The notes beneath the pieces were generated by a model. The model was not told the origin of the DNA, did not search any database, and saw only the letters and a list, made by a program, of their open reading frames with translations. Shown here piece by piece: positions 19,304 to 29,262 of a stretch of DNA of 32,000 bases (position 1 is its first letter; each line of letters begins with the position of its first letter). The position numbers and the translations under genes are program-made. Origin of the DNA: Ferroglobus placidus DSM 10642 (GTDB lineage Archaea > Halobacteriota > Archaeoglobi > Archaeoglobales > Archaeoglobaceae); the NCBI RefSeq assembly GCF_000025505.1, contig NC_013849.1:1860001-1892000 (forward strand), given 5' to 3'.

Positions 19304-20818
19304 TTAGGTCTGCTTCCGCACGTAATCTTCCACACTATTTTCGAACATTATTTGAGATTCGGAAGGTGTCGGAATTCTCTGAAACGCATCATTTGCAAAC
19401 CAGTTAAAATTAAACCATCTTAGCTGAGGATTCATGTGAGGTAAATGCATGTACATCATGAGGGTTTGAACATCTTTGATAACCGCATGCTTAATCTCGT
19501 TTTTAACAATTTTTTCGCTTAAAGCATTGTCTTCATTGAAGAATCCGATAATCTTCGCAGCTACGATCGAAAGGATTGACGAGATTAAGAAAAGGAAGTC
19601 GTAGGATGCCAGATGAATAGCGGGAATTTCTACATGACCCAAAGAGGATTCAATGTCTATTTTCAGTGTAAAATTTGTTGAGAGGAGGAAAGAGGCAATT
19701 AAACCTCCGCTTATTGATCCCGCAGCTGCGAAAATCGATGCCATCGCGTTGTTTATTGCATAATACGAAGCTGATGAGCCCTTAGGAGTTATCTTCGCGA
19801 TCATGTTCATGAACGCTATAGGTGGAACAGACGAATAGAATCCGTCAAGCATGTAGATTAAAATTAATAGCAATGGTGTGAGTGGATGCTTTTCTGGCAT
19901 CGTTGTGAATGTAAATAGCAAGGCTGCCAAGGAAAACGAAACGAAAGATAGGGTAGCCACAGGCTTATTTCCGAATCTATCCATAATTCCACCAGAAATT
20001 CTAAGGAAGTACATTGAACTTATCTGACTTAGAGACGCGAGCGCAATAACAACCCATACTGGGTATTTTAAAACTGTGATGACGTAAACCGAGAAGAATG
20101 GTAGGGCCATTTCTGAAGCGAATTTCCAGATCGATAGGGCGGAAGTTAGCTTTAAAAAGTTTGAATTCTTAAGCGGTTCTGTTAAGCTTCTTCTTCCTCT
20201 ACACTCAACCTCCACATCGTCAATCCCCTTTATGAAATACACACTTACCATTCCGGCAGCGAATGCTGTCAGAAAGAGAATTGAAAACGTTAGCTCTCCG
20301 ATAGCGTTAAAGAGGACGCTAAATGCTAAAACGATAAACAGCGCTACAAACTTACCGTAGGCAATTCTTTTCGAGTAGAACTCACCCCTGATGTGGTCGG
20401 GAATTAGATCACGCATCCAAGAGCTCCAAGAGACTGCGGAAACTTCTTTGAAAACGTTGTAGATTGCGAAAAACACTACAAATATTAGAACGTTGGAGTG
20501 AAGATTGACGAGTAGTGTAACTCCAATTGCGAGTAGTGAAATTCTGGAGATCACGTTTGCAAGCAGTGAAATTCTTTTTCTGCTGAACCTTTCAGCAATG
20601 AGAGCTGAAGGTATTTGTACTAGCTGAGAAATGTAGGATATAGCCACTACGAAACCTACCAAAACCGGTGGGGCGTTAATCGATGCAAGATATGAACTGA
20701 TTACCGAAACTGTCAACAGTGAAAACATAACCTGCGATGCTATCCCATCCATCAAAAGGTTTCTGAGGCTTTTATTCAAGTTAACTCCGCACTCTTTTCC
20801 CATACGGGTCTCTCCCAA
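19304..20818 (-). CDS. MFS transporter (about 12 TM)
   Basis: 504 aa with many hydrophobic helices and motif-A-like region QIPSALIAERFSRKRISLLANV...GGIMDRFGNKPVATL. Confidence 0.85.
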   Translation of the reverse strand: MGETRMGKECGVNLNKSLRNLLMDGIASQVMFSLLTVSVISSYLASINAPPVLVGFVVAISYISQLVQIPSALIAERFSRKRISLLANVISRISLLAIGVTLLVNLHSNVLIFVVFFAIYNVFKEVSAVSWSSWMRDLIPDHIRGEFYSKRIAYGKFVALFIVLAFSVLFNAIGELTFSILFLTAFAAGMVSVYFIKGIDDVEVECRGRRSLTEPLKNSNFLKLTSALSIWKFASEMALPFFSVYVITVLKYPVWVVIALASLSQISSMYFLRISGGIMDRFGNKPVATLSFVSFSLAALLFTFTTMPEKHPLTPLLLILIYMLDGFYSSVPPIAFMNMIAKITPKGSSASYYAINNAMASIFAAAGSISGGLIASFLLSTNFTLKIDIESSLGHVEIPAIHLASYDFLFLISSILSIVAAKIIGFFNEDNALSEKIVKNEIKHAVIKDVQTLMMYMHLPHMNPQLRWFNFNWFANDAFQRIPTPSESQIMFENSVEDYVRKQT

Positions 20819-20968
20819 AACATAGCACAGTTTTCAGTATTTAGAACTGGCGGTAAGCAGTTTATCACGAATTTTAAGAATTTTCTACAGGGTAAACTTG
20901 AATACATCGCAAGAGAAAAATAATCATAATATTAATATATAATAAAAAATATTATTTCTTTTCGAACT

Positions 20969-21031
20969 ATTCTTTGGGCTTTTTAGATTTCTTCTCCTTT
21001 TTCTTTCCCTTCTTTTCTTCTTCAGCCATCC
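20969..21031 (-). CDS. Possible 20-aa Lys/Glu-rich microprotein MAEEEKKGKKKEKKSKKPKE
   Basis: Short ORF with ATG and a plausible aaggtg ribosome-binding site 7-8 nt upstream, divergent from the wHTH ORF at 21041. Confidence 0.3.
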
Positions 21032-21040
21032 TATTTCACC

Positions 21041-21751
21041 TTGCTTTTTGTTGCTTCGACGGCTATATATCTCAATATTCTCAAAAACAGAAAGCTTTTT
21101 GTGAATTTAAAGCAACGAAGTTCTGTGCCGAAAAAGAAAGTCGATAAGCATAGCATAATGTGCAAAATAATAGAGTTCGCTGAAAAAAGCGAAGAGATTA
21201 CCGTGTACAACATGGTAAAAAAGCTCAGAGAAATCGGAGTGGACGTTGAAGAAGAAACTGTTAGGAGGACTCTAAAGGAGCTGGAAAAATTTGGCATTTT
21301 GAAGTTTAAAGAAACTTGTATTGGCAGAACGAAAAAGGAGAAAAAAGTGTATACGCTTACCGTTCCACCACACATGGCCAAAAATATGGTTGAGATTCTC
21401 CTCGGCTTAAGAAGCTTTCTGCGAGAAATTACTGCGAGGGTATTTTCGTCGGTAGTTGTGCTGGTGAAAGATAGAAAGTACTCCGTCATGGGATTGGAGG
21501 GGGAACAAGATTTTAAAAAAGCTGTTTTTAATTCTGCGTTACCTCTGCTTACAGAAGCTTATAAACCTGATTTTGCTGTATTTATCTTCCGGGAACTTTC
21601 GGAAGAGCATAGATTCACGACAGTCATCGTGAGCCCATTCGGGAAGTCTATTTACAAAGTTATAGAAACAAAAGAAAAGCTCATAATTGATGAAGTTGGA
21701 CACGAGAAAGAGCTAAACGAATTGCTGGGAAGTCTGAAATTCTTCAATTGA
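21041..21751 (+). CDS. Winged-helix DNA-binding domain protein
   Basis: 236 aa. ITVYNMVKKLREIGVDVEEETVRRTLKELEKFGILKFKET is a wHTH. Start may be internal (MCKIIEF...). Confidence 0.65.
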   Translation: MLFVASTAIYLNILKNRKLFVNLKQRSSVPKKKVDKHSIMCKIIEFAEKSEEITVYNMVKKLREIGVDVEEETVRRTLKELEKFGILKFKETCIGRTKKEKKVYTLTVPPHMAKNMVEILLGLRSFLREITARVFSSVVVLVKDRKYSVMGLEGEQDFKKAVFNSALPLLTEAYKPDFAVFIFRELSEEHRFTTVIVSPFGKSIYKVIETKEKLIIDEVGHEKELNELLGSLKFFN

Positions 21752-21919
21752 CTACTCTTGGAATTCGTCAAAGTTAATTTTAACAATCCCATAGGATAAA
21801 CCCGACCATTCCAATCTACTTGAAGCTTTGCAAGAACTTGCAAGCCGTAACATTTACATAATTTTACTAGCAAACGATTTCACCAGCCGATTTCACTTTT
21901 CTAAGCCTCCACCTCCATC

Positions 21920-22059
21920 ATGACACCCTTTCATCCCGGAGTCGTGATTCAGGACTTTATCAGGTTTTACAACGAAAGAAACTCATCGGCTTCAATGCAG
22001 TGATAGATGATTGGATATTCGATGAAATTCGACAGAAAATAGACATGAACAATAGGTGA
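21920..22059 (+). pseudogene. Gene debris: short protein-like fragments, possibly from an integrase/transposase
   Basis: MTPFHPGVVIQDFIRFYNERNSSASMQ* resembles the C-terminal DFIRFYNERR pattern of rve-type integrases. Next frame reads GFNAVIDDWIFDEIRQKIDMNNR*. Confidence 0.3.
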
Positions 22060-22148
22060 AAATAATTTCGCCCCTCAAAAGACCTCCTACTAAACTCAAA
22101 GATTCAAACATCAGCATCTTATGCATTCAATCCACTATTTCAACTCTT

Positions 22149-22811
22149 CTACGGTTCTATCCCCTTATCCGTTAGTCTGAATTCGCAAAAAGCTCCTTCC
22201 TCTCTCGATCTGTGTTTTATCAGCCTCGCAATTCTCTTTCCGTCGATTTTTTCCAGCGAAATAATGGTTTTCGAGAGGTGGTCAACGCTCGGTCCGCCCA
22301 AAGGCTTGTCTATTCCGTTTCTTACATCTGTGAACATCTGATTCGTGAAAACTACCGCTAAATCGTGTTTTCTCGCTACTCCAAGCAGAAGCGTTAGCTG
22401 TGAAATCAGCTCTCTCTTCGCTTTTATCTGCTTTTCCTCATCCTCCAGCTCGCTTCTGTAGAGAGAGGTTAGGGAGTCTATGACGACGAGAACGATCTCC
22501 TCTCTCTCGCACAACTTCGCGACTTCCCTAACTGCAACGCTTTGCATTTTAAAATCGTAAACGTCGTAGATGTAAACGTCCTTTAGAACGCTTTTGTCCT
22601 CGAAAATCTGATTTACTCTCTCGGGAGACAAGCCTTCAGTGTCGATGTAAACAGCTTTTCCAAATCTTTTGACGGTGTTGTATGTAAGCATGAGGCAGAG
22701 GGAAGTTTTTCCGCTCCCGCTAACTCCGTAGATTTGGGTTAGCGTTCCTGTTTCAACCCCTCCTCCGAGGAGCGAGTCGATGCAGGAGCTTCCGGTAGGG
22801 AGCTTCTTCAT
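22149..22811 (-). CDS. radB: DNA repair and recombination protein RadB
   Basis: 220 aa: LPTGSSCIDSLLGGGVETGTLTQIYGVSGSGKTSLCLML, IVLVVIDSLTSLYR, FTNQMFTDV. Confidence 0.93.
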   Translation of the reverse strand: MKKLPTGSSCIDSLLGGGVETGTLTQIYGVSGSGKTSLCLMLTYNTVKRFGKAVYIDTEGLSPERVNQIFEDKSVLKDVYIYDVYDFKMQSVAVREVAKLCEREEIVLVVIDSLTSLYRSELEDEEKQIKAKRELISQLTLLLGVARKHDLAVVFTNQMFTDVRNGIDKPLGGPSVDHLSKTIISLEKIDGKRIARLIKHRSREEGAFCEFRLTDKGIEP

Positions 22812-23950
22812 TCCATCACCTTCAGTATTCTTCTATAAACCTCTTCCGGAGACAAACTTTCGGCTTCGCAAATTCTTTTAACATCTTCGTACTCGGGTTT
22901 AACTCTGTAATCGGACACCTTTACCCTAACAACGTATTCCTTTTCGTTAATTTTCACTTTAACCTCTCTAACTTCCCTGTAGGCTTTTAACCTGTGCTCC
23001 ACGGGAACTATCCTGACTCCGAGGGAGCCTGTTAACTCCATCATCTTTTCAGCTACTTCCTCAGCCTTGTCGTAGCTGACTATTGCCGAAAGCAAGCTTC
23101 CAGCTCTTCCTTTTTTCATGAGAACCGGAGTCACATAAACATCGTGGCTAATCTCCGAAAGCTTCTCGACGGCGTAGCTCAAATACTCCGGAGAGAGATC
23201 GTCGACGTTAGTTTCCACCACAACTATCCTATCGCGAATCTTGGATTCTCCGAGTATTATCCTCAGAACGTTCGGAACCTCTGTATCTTTTTCTCCAGCT
23301 CCGTACAGAATTTTGTTGACTTTAAAAGAGCCTCTAAACGCTCCTTCCGAGAAATGGGCTAAAATTGCGGCTGCCGTAGGAGTTAGAAGTTCCCCTTCTC
23401 CTTCCATGACGATCTCGATTTTCGAATCTGCGAGAATTTCCAAAGTTGCCGGAGCGGGAGACGGATACTTCCCGTGGGAGAATTCCACGAAGCCCACTCC
23501 AACTCTAACCCTGTTCGTGTAAATTCTGTATCCTCTTTCTTTCAGCCTCAAAAAGCCAAGAGTCGAAAGTGTGATGTCGAATATTGCATCATCGCTTCCC
23601 ACCTCGTGGAACTTCGCTTTTTTGTAATCTCTTCCGTGCACCCTTCCCTCAGCTTTAGCAAGCCTTTCAAAAATTTTTATAGCCTCCTTTTTCAACCTCT
23701 CGTCAAGCTTCGAACTCTCAACGAGCCTTACAACTTCCCCGAAAGTTCTTTCCTTAGCTTCGCTCTTCACTCTGACGAGGTTTGACGCTATTCCTCTCTT
23801 GTTTACCCTCTCAATGCTACACTCAACCTCAAGGCTTAACTCTTCAACGATTTTTTCGATGTCCTCCCTCTGAATTACCTCATCATAGAGAGCTCCTATG
23901 ATCATGTTTCCACTTGCACCATTGAAAGCGTCAATTACAGCAATTTTCAT
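22808..23950 (-). CDS. larC: LarC-family nickel-insertion (nickel pincer cofactor) protein
   Basis: [21 protein letters not shown] start, [53 protein letters not shown]. Start placed at 23950, 5' of the divergent cdc48; the track ORF starts further upstream. Confidence 0.85.
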   Translation of the reverse strand: MKIAVIDAFNGASGNMIIGALYDEVIQREDIEKIVEELSLEVECSIERVNKRGIASNLVRVKSEAKERTFGEVVRLVESSKLDERLKKEAIKIFERLAKAEGRVHGRDYKKAKFHEVGSDDAIFDITLSTLGFLRLKERGYRIYTNRVRVGVGFVEFSHGKYPSPAPATLEILADSKIEIVMEGEGELLTPTAAAILAHFSEGAFRGSFKVNKILYGAGEKDTEVPNVLRIILGESKIRDRIVVVETNVDDLSPEYLSYAVEKLSEISHDVYVTPVLMKKGRAGSLLSAIVSYDKAEEVAEKMMELTGSLGVRIVPVEHRLKAYREVREVKVKINEKEYVVRVKVSDYRVKPEYEDVKRICEAESLSPEEVYRRILKVME

Positions 23951-23993
23951 GCTACCACAAGACTTTTTATCTTCTAAAGATTTTACTTTAATC

Positions 23994-26411
23994 ATGGAAC
24001 TGCTACTCAAAGTAAATCAAGCTTACCCCAGTGACTCCGGAAGAGGTATAGCAAGACTCGATCCGGAATCGATGTTTAGGCTGAACATTTCACCGGGAGA
24101 CATAATAGAAATAGAGGGAAGAAGGAAAACGGTCGCCAAGGTCTGGAGAGCCCCAAAAAGAGATTGGGGTAGGGGGATAATAAGAATAGATCGCTTTATC
24201 AGAGAGAACGCAGGTGTAAACATAGGAGATACCGTCAAAGTTAGAAAAGCGGAATATTCGATAGCCAGACAGGTCATTCTTGCCCCTCTAAAAAAGCTCG
24301 ACTTCAAGGTTTACGGGGCTGATATAGGGGAGTATCTCAAGCATCAGCTCCTCAAGAGACCTGTTATGGAAGGAGACCTCGTTCCGATCGTCGGAGCTCC
24401 AGCTTTTACGGGATTTGGCAAATACACCCAAAATCAGGCTACAGTCCTTGTTGCGGTAAAGACGGAGCCGAAGGGAGCGGTGATAATAGACGATCAGACT
24501 CACGTTGTGTTTAGAGAGCGCCCAGTCAAAGGTTTCGAAAGATTTGGAAAAGCCGGAGTCACCTACGAGGATATAGGTGGGCTTAAAGAGGAGCTTCAGA
24601 AAGTCAGGGAGGTTATAGAGCTTCCGCTCAAGTATCCGGAGATATTCCAAAGACTCGGCATAGAGCCGCCCAAGGGAGTTTTGCTGTACGGACCGCCGGG
24701 AACTGGTAAAACGCTAATAGCCAAGGCTGTGGCTAACGAAATAGGAGCAACTTTCTTGACGATAAACGGTCCCGAAATTATGAGCAAGTTCTACGGAGAG
24801 AGCGAGCAGAGGCTTAGGGAGATTTTCGAAAAAGCTAAGGAGAACGCACCAAGTATAATTTTCATAGATGAGATCGACGCGATAGCTCCGAGGAGAGACG
24901 AAGTTACTGGGGAAGTTGAGAGGAGGGTCGTTGCTCAGCTCTTAACGTTAATGGACGGTCTCGAAGAGAGAGGGCAGGTTATAGTTATCGGAGCAACCAA
25001 CAGAATCGAAGCCGTCGATCCGGCTCTGAGAAGACCGGGGAGATTTGACAGAGAAATAGAGATAGGCGTTCCCGACAGAGAAGGGAGATTCGAGATTCTT
25101 CAGATTCACACGAGGAACATGCCTCTCGAGCCAGAGTACTCAAGAGAATTCGTGCTCGAAGCTTTAAACTCTCTTAAAAACTTATTAAAGGAAGAGGGAG
25201 ACTCAAGGCTCTCTCAGATCGAATTCATAATAGAAGAAGTCAAGGAGGCTGAAAGGAAAGAAGAGGTCAAAGCTATAATCGAAAACCTCTTCCCAGAAGA
25301 GCTCAGACCTGACTTGGAAAGGGAGATAATTAAGGCTATGCTAAGACATTTAGCAGACCAAACTCACGGATTCGTTGGGGCTGACATAGAGGCGTTGTGT
25401 AAAGAGGCGGCGATGAAAGCTCTGAGGAGGTATCTGCCGAGGATAGACCTGAACGGTGATGAGTTGCCAGTGGAGCTGCTTGAGGAAATGAAAGTCACGT
25501 TCGACGACTTTAAGGAGGCTTTGAAAGAAATAGAACCTTCGGCGATGAGGGAAGTTCTCGTGGAAGTTCCGAAAGTTACGTGGGAAGATGTCGGCGGGTT
25601 AGAAGATGTTAAGCAAGAGGTTATCGAAGCGGTGGAATGGCCGTTGAAGTATCCGGAGAAATTTAAGAAGTTCGGGATCAAACCGCCTAAGGGAGTTTTG
25701 CTGTACGGACCGCCAGGAACCGGTAAAACGCTAATAGCCAAGGCTGTGGCTAACGAGAGCGAAGCGAACTTCATAAGCGTGAAGGGTAGCGAGCTTCTGA
25801 GCAAGTGGCTCGGAGAGAGCGAAAAAGCCGTGAGGAAGATCTTCAGGAAAGCGAAGCAAGTTGCTCCTTGCATAATCTTCTTCGACGAAATTGACGCCAT
25901 AGCTCAGATGAGAGGGATTGATGAGGGGAGTAGAGCTGTTGAAAGGGTGGTTAACCAGCTTTTAACTGAGATGGACGGTCTCGAAGAGCTTGAAGGAGTC
26001 ATAGTTATCGGAGCAACCAACAGACCAGACATAATCGATCCCGCTTTACTAAGGCCGGGAAGGTTCGACAGGCTGGTTTACGTAAGACCACCAGACAAAA
26101 AGAGCAGGTACGCCATCTTCAAGATCCACACAAGAAATATGCCTTTAGCCGAAGACGTCGATCTCGAGGAGCTTGCGGAGTTAACGGAAGGCTACGTAGG
26201 TGCTGACATAGAGGCAGTTTGCAGAGAGGCTGTAATGTTAGCTTTGAGGGAGAACATAAACGCTGAAAAAGTCGAAATGAGGCACTTTTATCAGGCTATA
26301 AAGAAGATTAAGCCGAGCGTAAACGAGGCTATGCTGAGGTTCTACGAGAAGTTCGAAGAGAGGGTGAAAGTGGAGCCGAAGCAGGCGAAGACGATAATCG
26401 GATACGGTTAG
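23994..26411 (+). CDS. cdc48: CDC48/VCP-like double AAA+ ATPase (VAT)
   Basis: Start at ATG 23994 ([27 protein letters not shown]). Two AAA modules with [33 protein letters not shown] / [15 protein letters not shown], and VIGATNR. Confidence 0.97.
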   Translation: MELLLKVNQAYPSDSGRGIARLDPESMFRLNISPGDIIEIEGRRKTVAKVWRAPKRDWGRGIIRIDRFIRENAGVNIGDTVKVRKAEYSIARQVILAPLKKLDFKVYGADIGEYLKHQLLKRPVMEGDLVPIVGAPAFTGFGKYTQNQATVLVAVKTEPKGAVIIDDQTHVVFRERPVKGFERFGKAGVTYEDIGGLKEELQKVREVIELPLKYPEIFQRLGIEPPKGVLLYGPPGTGKTLIAKAVANEIGATFLTINGPEIMSKFYGESEQRLREIFEKAKENAPSIIFIDEIDAIAPRRDEVTGEVERRVVAQLLTLMDGLEERGQVIVIGATNRIEAVDPALRRPGRFDREIEIGVPDREGRFEILQIHTRNMPLEPEYSREFVLEALNSLKNLLKEEGDSRLSQIEFIIEEVKEAERKEEVKAIIENLFPEELRPDLEREIIKAMLRHLADQTHGFVGADIEALCKEAAMKALRRYLPRIDLNGDELPVELLEEMKVTFDDFKEALKEIEPSAMREVLVEVPKVTWEDVGGLEDVKQEVIEAVEWPLKYPEKFKKFGIKPPKGVLLYGPPGTGKTLIAKAVANESEANFISVKGSELLSKWLGESEKAVRKIFRKAKQVAPCIIFFDEIDAIAQMRGIDEGSRAVERVVNQLLTEMDGLEELEGVIVIGATNRPDIIDPALLRPGRFDRLVYVRPPDKKSRYAIFKIHTRNMPLAEDVDLEELAELTEGYVGADIEAVCREAVMLALRENINAEKVEMRHFYQAIKKIKPSVNEAMLRFYEKFEERVKVEPKQAKTIIGYG

Positions 26412-26450
26412 TCGAAACGTTTATAGCTTCCTCTTTTTTAAATCGAATGG

Positions 26451-26696
26451 GTGGTAGTAATGTTCGCAAGGTCTCTTGCAAGAAAGACCGTGCTTCTTTC
26501 CGACGGCACGGTTCTCGGAACTTTGCACAACATAAACGTAGACTTCAGAACAGGTTCGCTGATAAGCTTGGTTGTGAAACCGCAGAACGAAGTAAGCGGA
26601 ATAGAAAAGGTTGACGGCTATTACATAATACCCTTCGATAGTGTGAAATCCATAAGTGACTACATAGTTATCGACAGGAAAAGGCTGAGCAGATGA
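26451..26696 (+). CDS. PRC-barrel domain protein
   Basis: 81 aa: ARKTVLLSDGTVLGTLHNINVDFRTGSLISLVVKP...YYIIPFDSVKSISDYIVID. Confidence 0.85.
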   Translation: MVVMFARSLARKTVLLSDGTVLGTLHNINVDFRTGSLISLVVKPQNEVSGIEKVDGYYIIPFDSVKSISDYIVIDRKRLSR

Positions 26697-27379
26697 GATA
26701 CTTTTTTCCCCCCTTAATTCTGCCCCTTTTTATCCTTTTCATCCTCTTACCTTTTTTTGCTTTGACTTTCGTCTTAACAACAACTCAGGTTTTCAAAACT
26801 CTCTTCGGAATTTCCACCCTCGAAGCCCTCATGATCTTTTCGCTCATCGTCATCGGAAGCTTCGTAAACATTCCCGTTTACAAAATCGAAGGAAGGGAAG
26901 TTGTCAGGAGAAGAAGTATTTTCGGAATTTTTTACTACTATTACGTGGAAAAGAAGCAGATAGTCGTGGCGATAAACGTTGGTGGTGCTTTAATTCCGTC
27001 GATCCTTGCCTTGAAAGTACTTCTAACTCTGCCAATTCTTCCGACTCTCCTCTCCATCGCAATAGCCTCCATTTTAATCTACTTCTTCGCAAAGCCAATT
27101 CCCGGAGTGGGAATTGCTGTCCCCCTCTTTATTCCTCCGCTGATAGCTCTCATGTGCTCCTTCACGATCGCTCAGATCTTCGAGTTGAATTTGCTCACAC
27201 TTCCCAAACTCGCTTTCGTTTCGGGAGTTTTCGGATCTATTATCGGAGCGGATTTAATGCACTTGAAAGACGTTGAAAAGATCGGGAGTGGAGTCGTAAG
27301 CATAGGAGGAGCCGGAACGTTTGACGGAATTTTCCTAACGGGTGTGTTTTCTGTTGTATTCTCATTCCTACTGCTTTAG
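26693..27379 (+). CDS. DUF1614-like multi-pass membrane protein
   Basis: 228 aa, strongly hydrophobic, GSFVNIPVYKI...AINVGGALIPSILALKV...GVVSIGGAGTFDGIFLTGVFS. Overlaps the PRC-barrel gene by 4 bp. Confidence 0.75.
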   Translation: MRYFFPPLILPLFILFILLPFFALTFVLTTTQVFKTLFGISTLEALMIFSLIVIGSFVNIPVYKIEGREVVRRRSIFGIFYYYYVEKKQIVVAINVGGALIPSILALKVLLTLPILPTLLSIAIASILIYFFAKPIPGVGIAVPLFIPPLIALMCSFTIAQIFELNLLTLPKLAFVSGVFGSIIGADLMHLKDVEKIGSGVVSIGGAGTFDGIFLTGVFSVVFSFLLL

Positions 27380-27481
27380 GTCTATGTTTAATCCGAGCTT
27401 ACTGGAAGTTTTTTAAGCGAAGCTGAACATTCACGATAAATTTTCGCAAACTTTATAATCGGTTCAAGTAAACTGTTTTAC

Positions 27482-29167
27482 ATGACAGACATAATGAAGT
27501 ATGTAGTGCCAAAGGAGACCTGGCCGGACATTATTATCCCGGACGAGGTGCAGCAGTACATAGGGGATAGAAAGGAGCTGAACCTGGCTGAGGAAATTCT
27601 CGACAGAAACATAAAGGAAGGAAGGGGAAGGAAAGTTGCCATATACTTCGAGGATAGAAGAGTGACTTACAGAGACCTCTACAGGCTGAGCAACAAGGTT
27701 GCCAACTTCCTCAAGGAAATTGGAATTGAAAAGTACGACAGAGTAGGTTTCAGAATGAGGAACATGCCAGAGGCTGTGGCGGTGAACTTCGGAATAATGA
27801 AAGCTGGAGCGATTCCCGTTCCTCTCAACCCGATGTGGGCTAAGAAAGAGATAGTGCATGTCGCAAACAACGCTGAGATAAAGGCTATTTTCGTAACCGG
27901 CGACGATAAGACGTTTAAGGCTGTTGAAGAGAGCGTTCCGGAATTTAAGACGGTCGAGAAGGTAATAGTTACGGAAAGAGAAGACCTCAAAGAGCCGTTT
28001 ATTTCCTTCAACGAAGTTTACGAGAAGAGCAGCAAGTTTGATCCCGTTCCGCTCGAACTCGGAACTCCAGCTGTGATACTTTACACGAGCGGAACGACCG
28101 GATTACCGAAGGGCTGCGTGCACTTCGTTGAGAACGTGCTCTCGTCAGTTTACCTCGTAGGAAAGTACGTGTGGAAGCTCACTGAAGACGACGTCGTCGG
28201 AGGTCCGGCTCCAGTGAGCTTTGCCATGGGTTACGGAAACGGTTGCCTAATTCCGTACTTCCACGGAGCAGCCACGAGTATCTGGCCCGGATTCAGCGTT
28301 GAGAACTTCTTCCGCTTCGTGGAGGAGCATGGAATAACTGTCTTCAGCTCTCTGCCAACAGCCTACAGAATGATCTTAGCTAATCCGAACCTCGACGAGT
28401 ACCTGAAGAAGTACGACCTTTCGAGCCTTAGGCTTTGCACCGGAGGAGGAGAAGCTCTCGGTGCCGAAACAGCAAAGAAGTGGCAGGAGAAGTTCGGAAT
28501 GCCAATCTACGAATCTCTCGGAGCTACGGAAATGGTTCACATCTGCATAAGCAACACTGTCGCTCCTAAGCCAGTAGCTGGAAGCATCGGCTGGCCAGTT
28601 CCTGGCTACACAGTCAGGATCGTCGATCCTGAGACCGGTAAGGACTGTCAGCCGGACGAAGTGGGCAACTTGTACATAAAAGGTCCTACCGGCATAAGGT
28701 ACTGGAACCATCCGACGAGACCTCTGGATGAGAAGCAGAAGGAGAGCGTTAAGAACGGATGGAACGTCCTCGGAGATTTCGTGAGAAGAGACGAGAACGG
28801 ATACATCTACTTCGTATCGAGGGACGACGACCTCATCAAGTCTTCAGGATACAGAATAGGTCCAGACGAAATAGAGCAGCCGCTAAGCCAGCACCCGGCT
28901 GTGGCAGAGTGTGCAGTCATCGGAGTTCCGGATCCTGAGGGTATAAGAGGACAGCTCGTTAAGGCGATCATAAGGCTCAAAGAAGGATACGAGCCGAGCG
29001 AAGAGCTTAAGCAGGACATACTCAAGTTCCTCGAGCAGCACATAGCTAAGTACAAGCTACCAAGAATAATTGAATTTACCACCGAGCCCTTGCCAAGAAC
29101 CGCGACAGGAAAACTGCTGAGAAGAGTTCTGAGAGAAAGAGAAGCTCAAAAGCAGCAGCAGAAGTAA
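27482..29167 (+). CDS. AMP-forming acyl/aryl-CoA ligase (benzoate-CoA-ligase-like)
   Basis: 561 aa: ILYTSGTTGLPKGCVH, ESLGATEMVHICI, DLIKSSGYRIGPDEIEQPLSQHPAVAECAVIG, PRTATGKLLRRVLRERE. Substrate not determinable from sequence alone. Confidence 0.88.
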   Translation: MTDIMKYVVPKETWPDIIIPDEVQQYIGDRKELNLAEEILDRNIKEGRGRKVAIYFEDRRVTYRDLYRLSNKVANFLKEIGIEKYDRVGFRMRNMPEAVAVNFGIMKAGAIPVPLNPMWAKKEIVHVANNAEIKAIFVTGDDKTFKAVEESVPEFKTVEKVIVTEREDLKEPFISFNEVYEKSSKFDPVPLELGTPAVILYTSGTTGLPKGCVHFVENVLSSVYLVGKYVWKLTEDDVVGGPAPVSFAMGYGNGCLIPYFHGAATSIWPGFSVENFFRFVEEHGITVFSSLPTAYRMILANPNLDEYLKKYDLSSLRLCTGGGEALGAETAKKWQEKFGMPIYESLGATEMVHICISNTVAPKPVAGSIGWPVPGYTVRIVDPETGKDCQPDEVGNLYIKGPTGIRYWNHPTRPLDEKQKESVKNGWNVLGDFVRRDENGYIYFVSRDDDLIKSSGYRIGPDEIEQPLSQHPAVAECAVIGVPDPEGIRGQLVKAIIRLKEGYEPSEELKQDILKFLEQHIAKYKLPRIIEFTTEPLPRTATGKLLRRVLREREAQKQQQK

Positions 29168-29262
29168 ACTTCATTTTTTATTTTTAGTGCGTTTTTAACA
29201 ACGTGAGAGAAATTCTGCTTCGGCACCTTAATTTTTATTAACTTTCGAATTGTAGGAAGGCT

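Noticed and set aside
24023-25900. Minus-strand ORFs inside cdc48 such as 25364..25900
   Set aside because: Codon-bias shadows of a highly conserved AAA+ gene; the repeated [25 protein letters not shown] is just the antisense of the duplicated Walker A region.
27464-28711. Antisense ORFs (131 aa, 110 aa and 111 aa) over the CoA-ligase gene
   Set aside because: No motifs, fully inside a confident CDS on the other strand.
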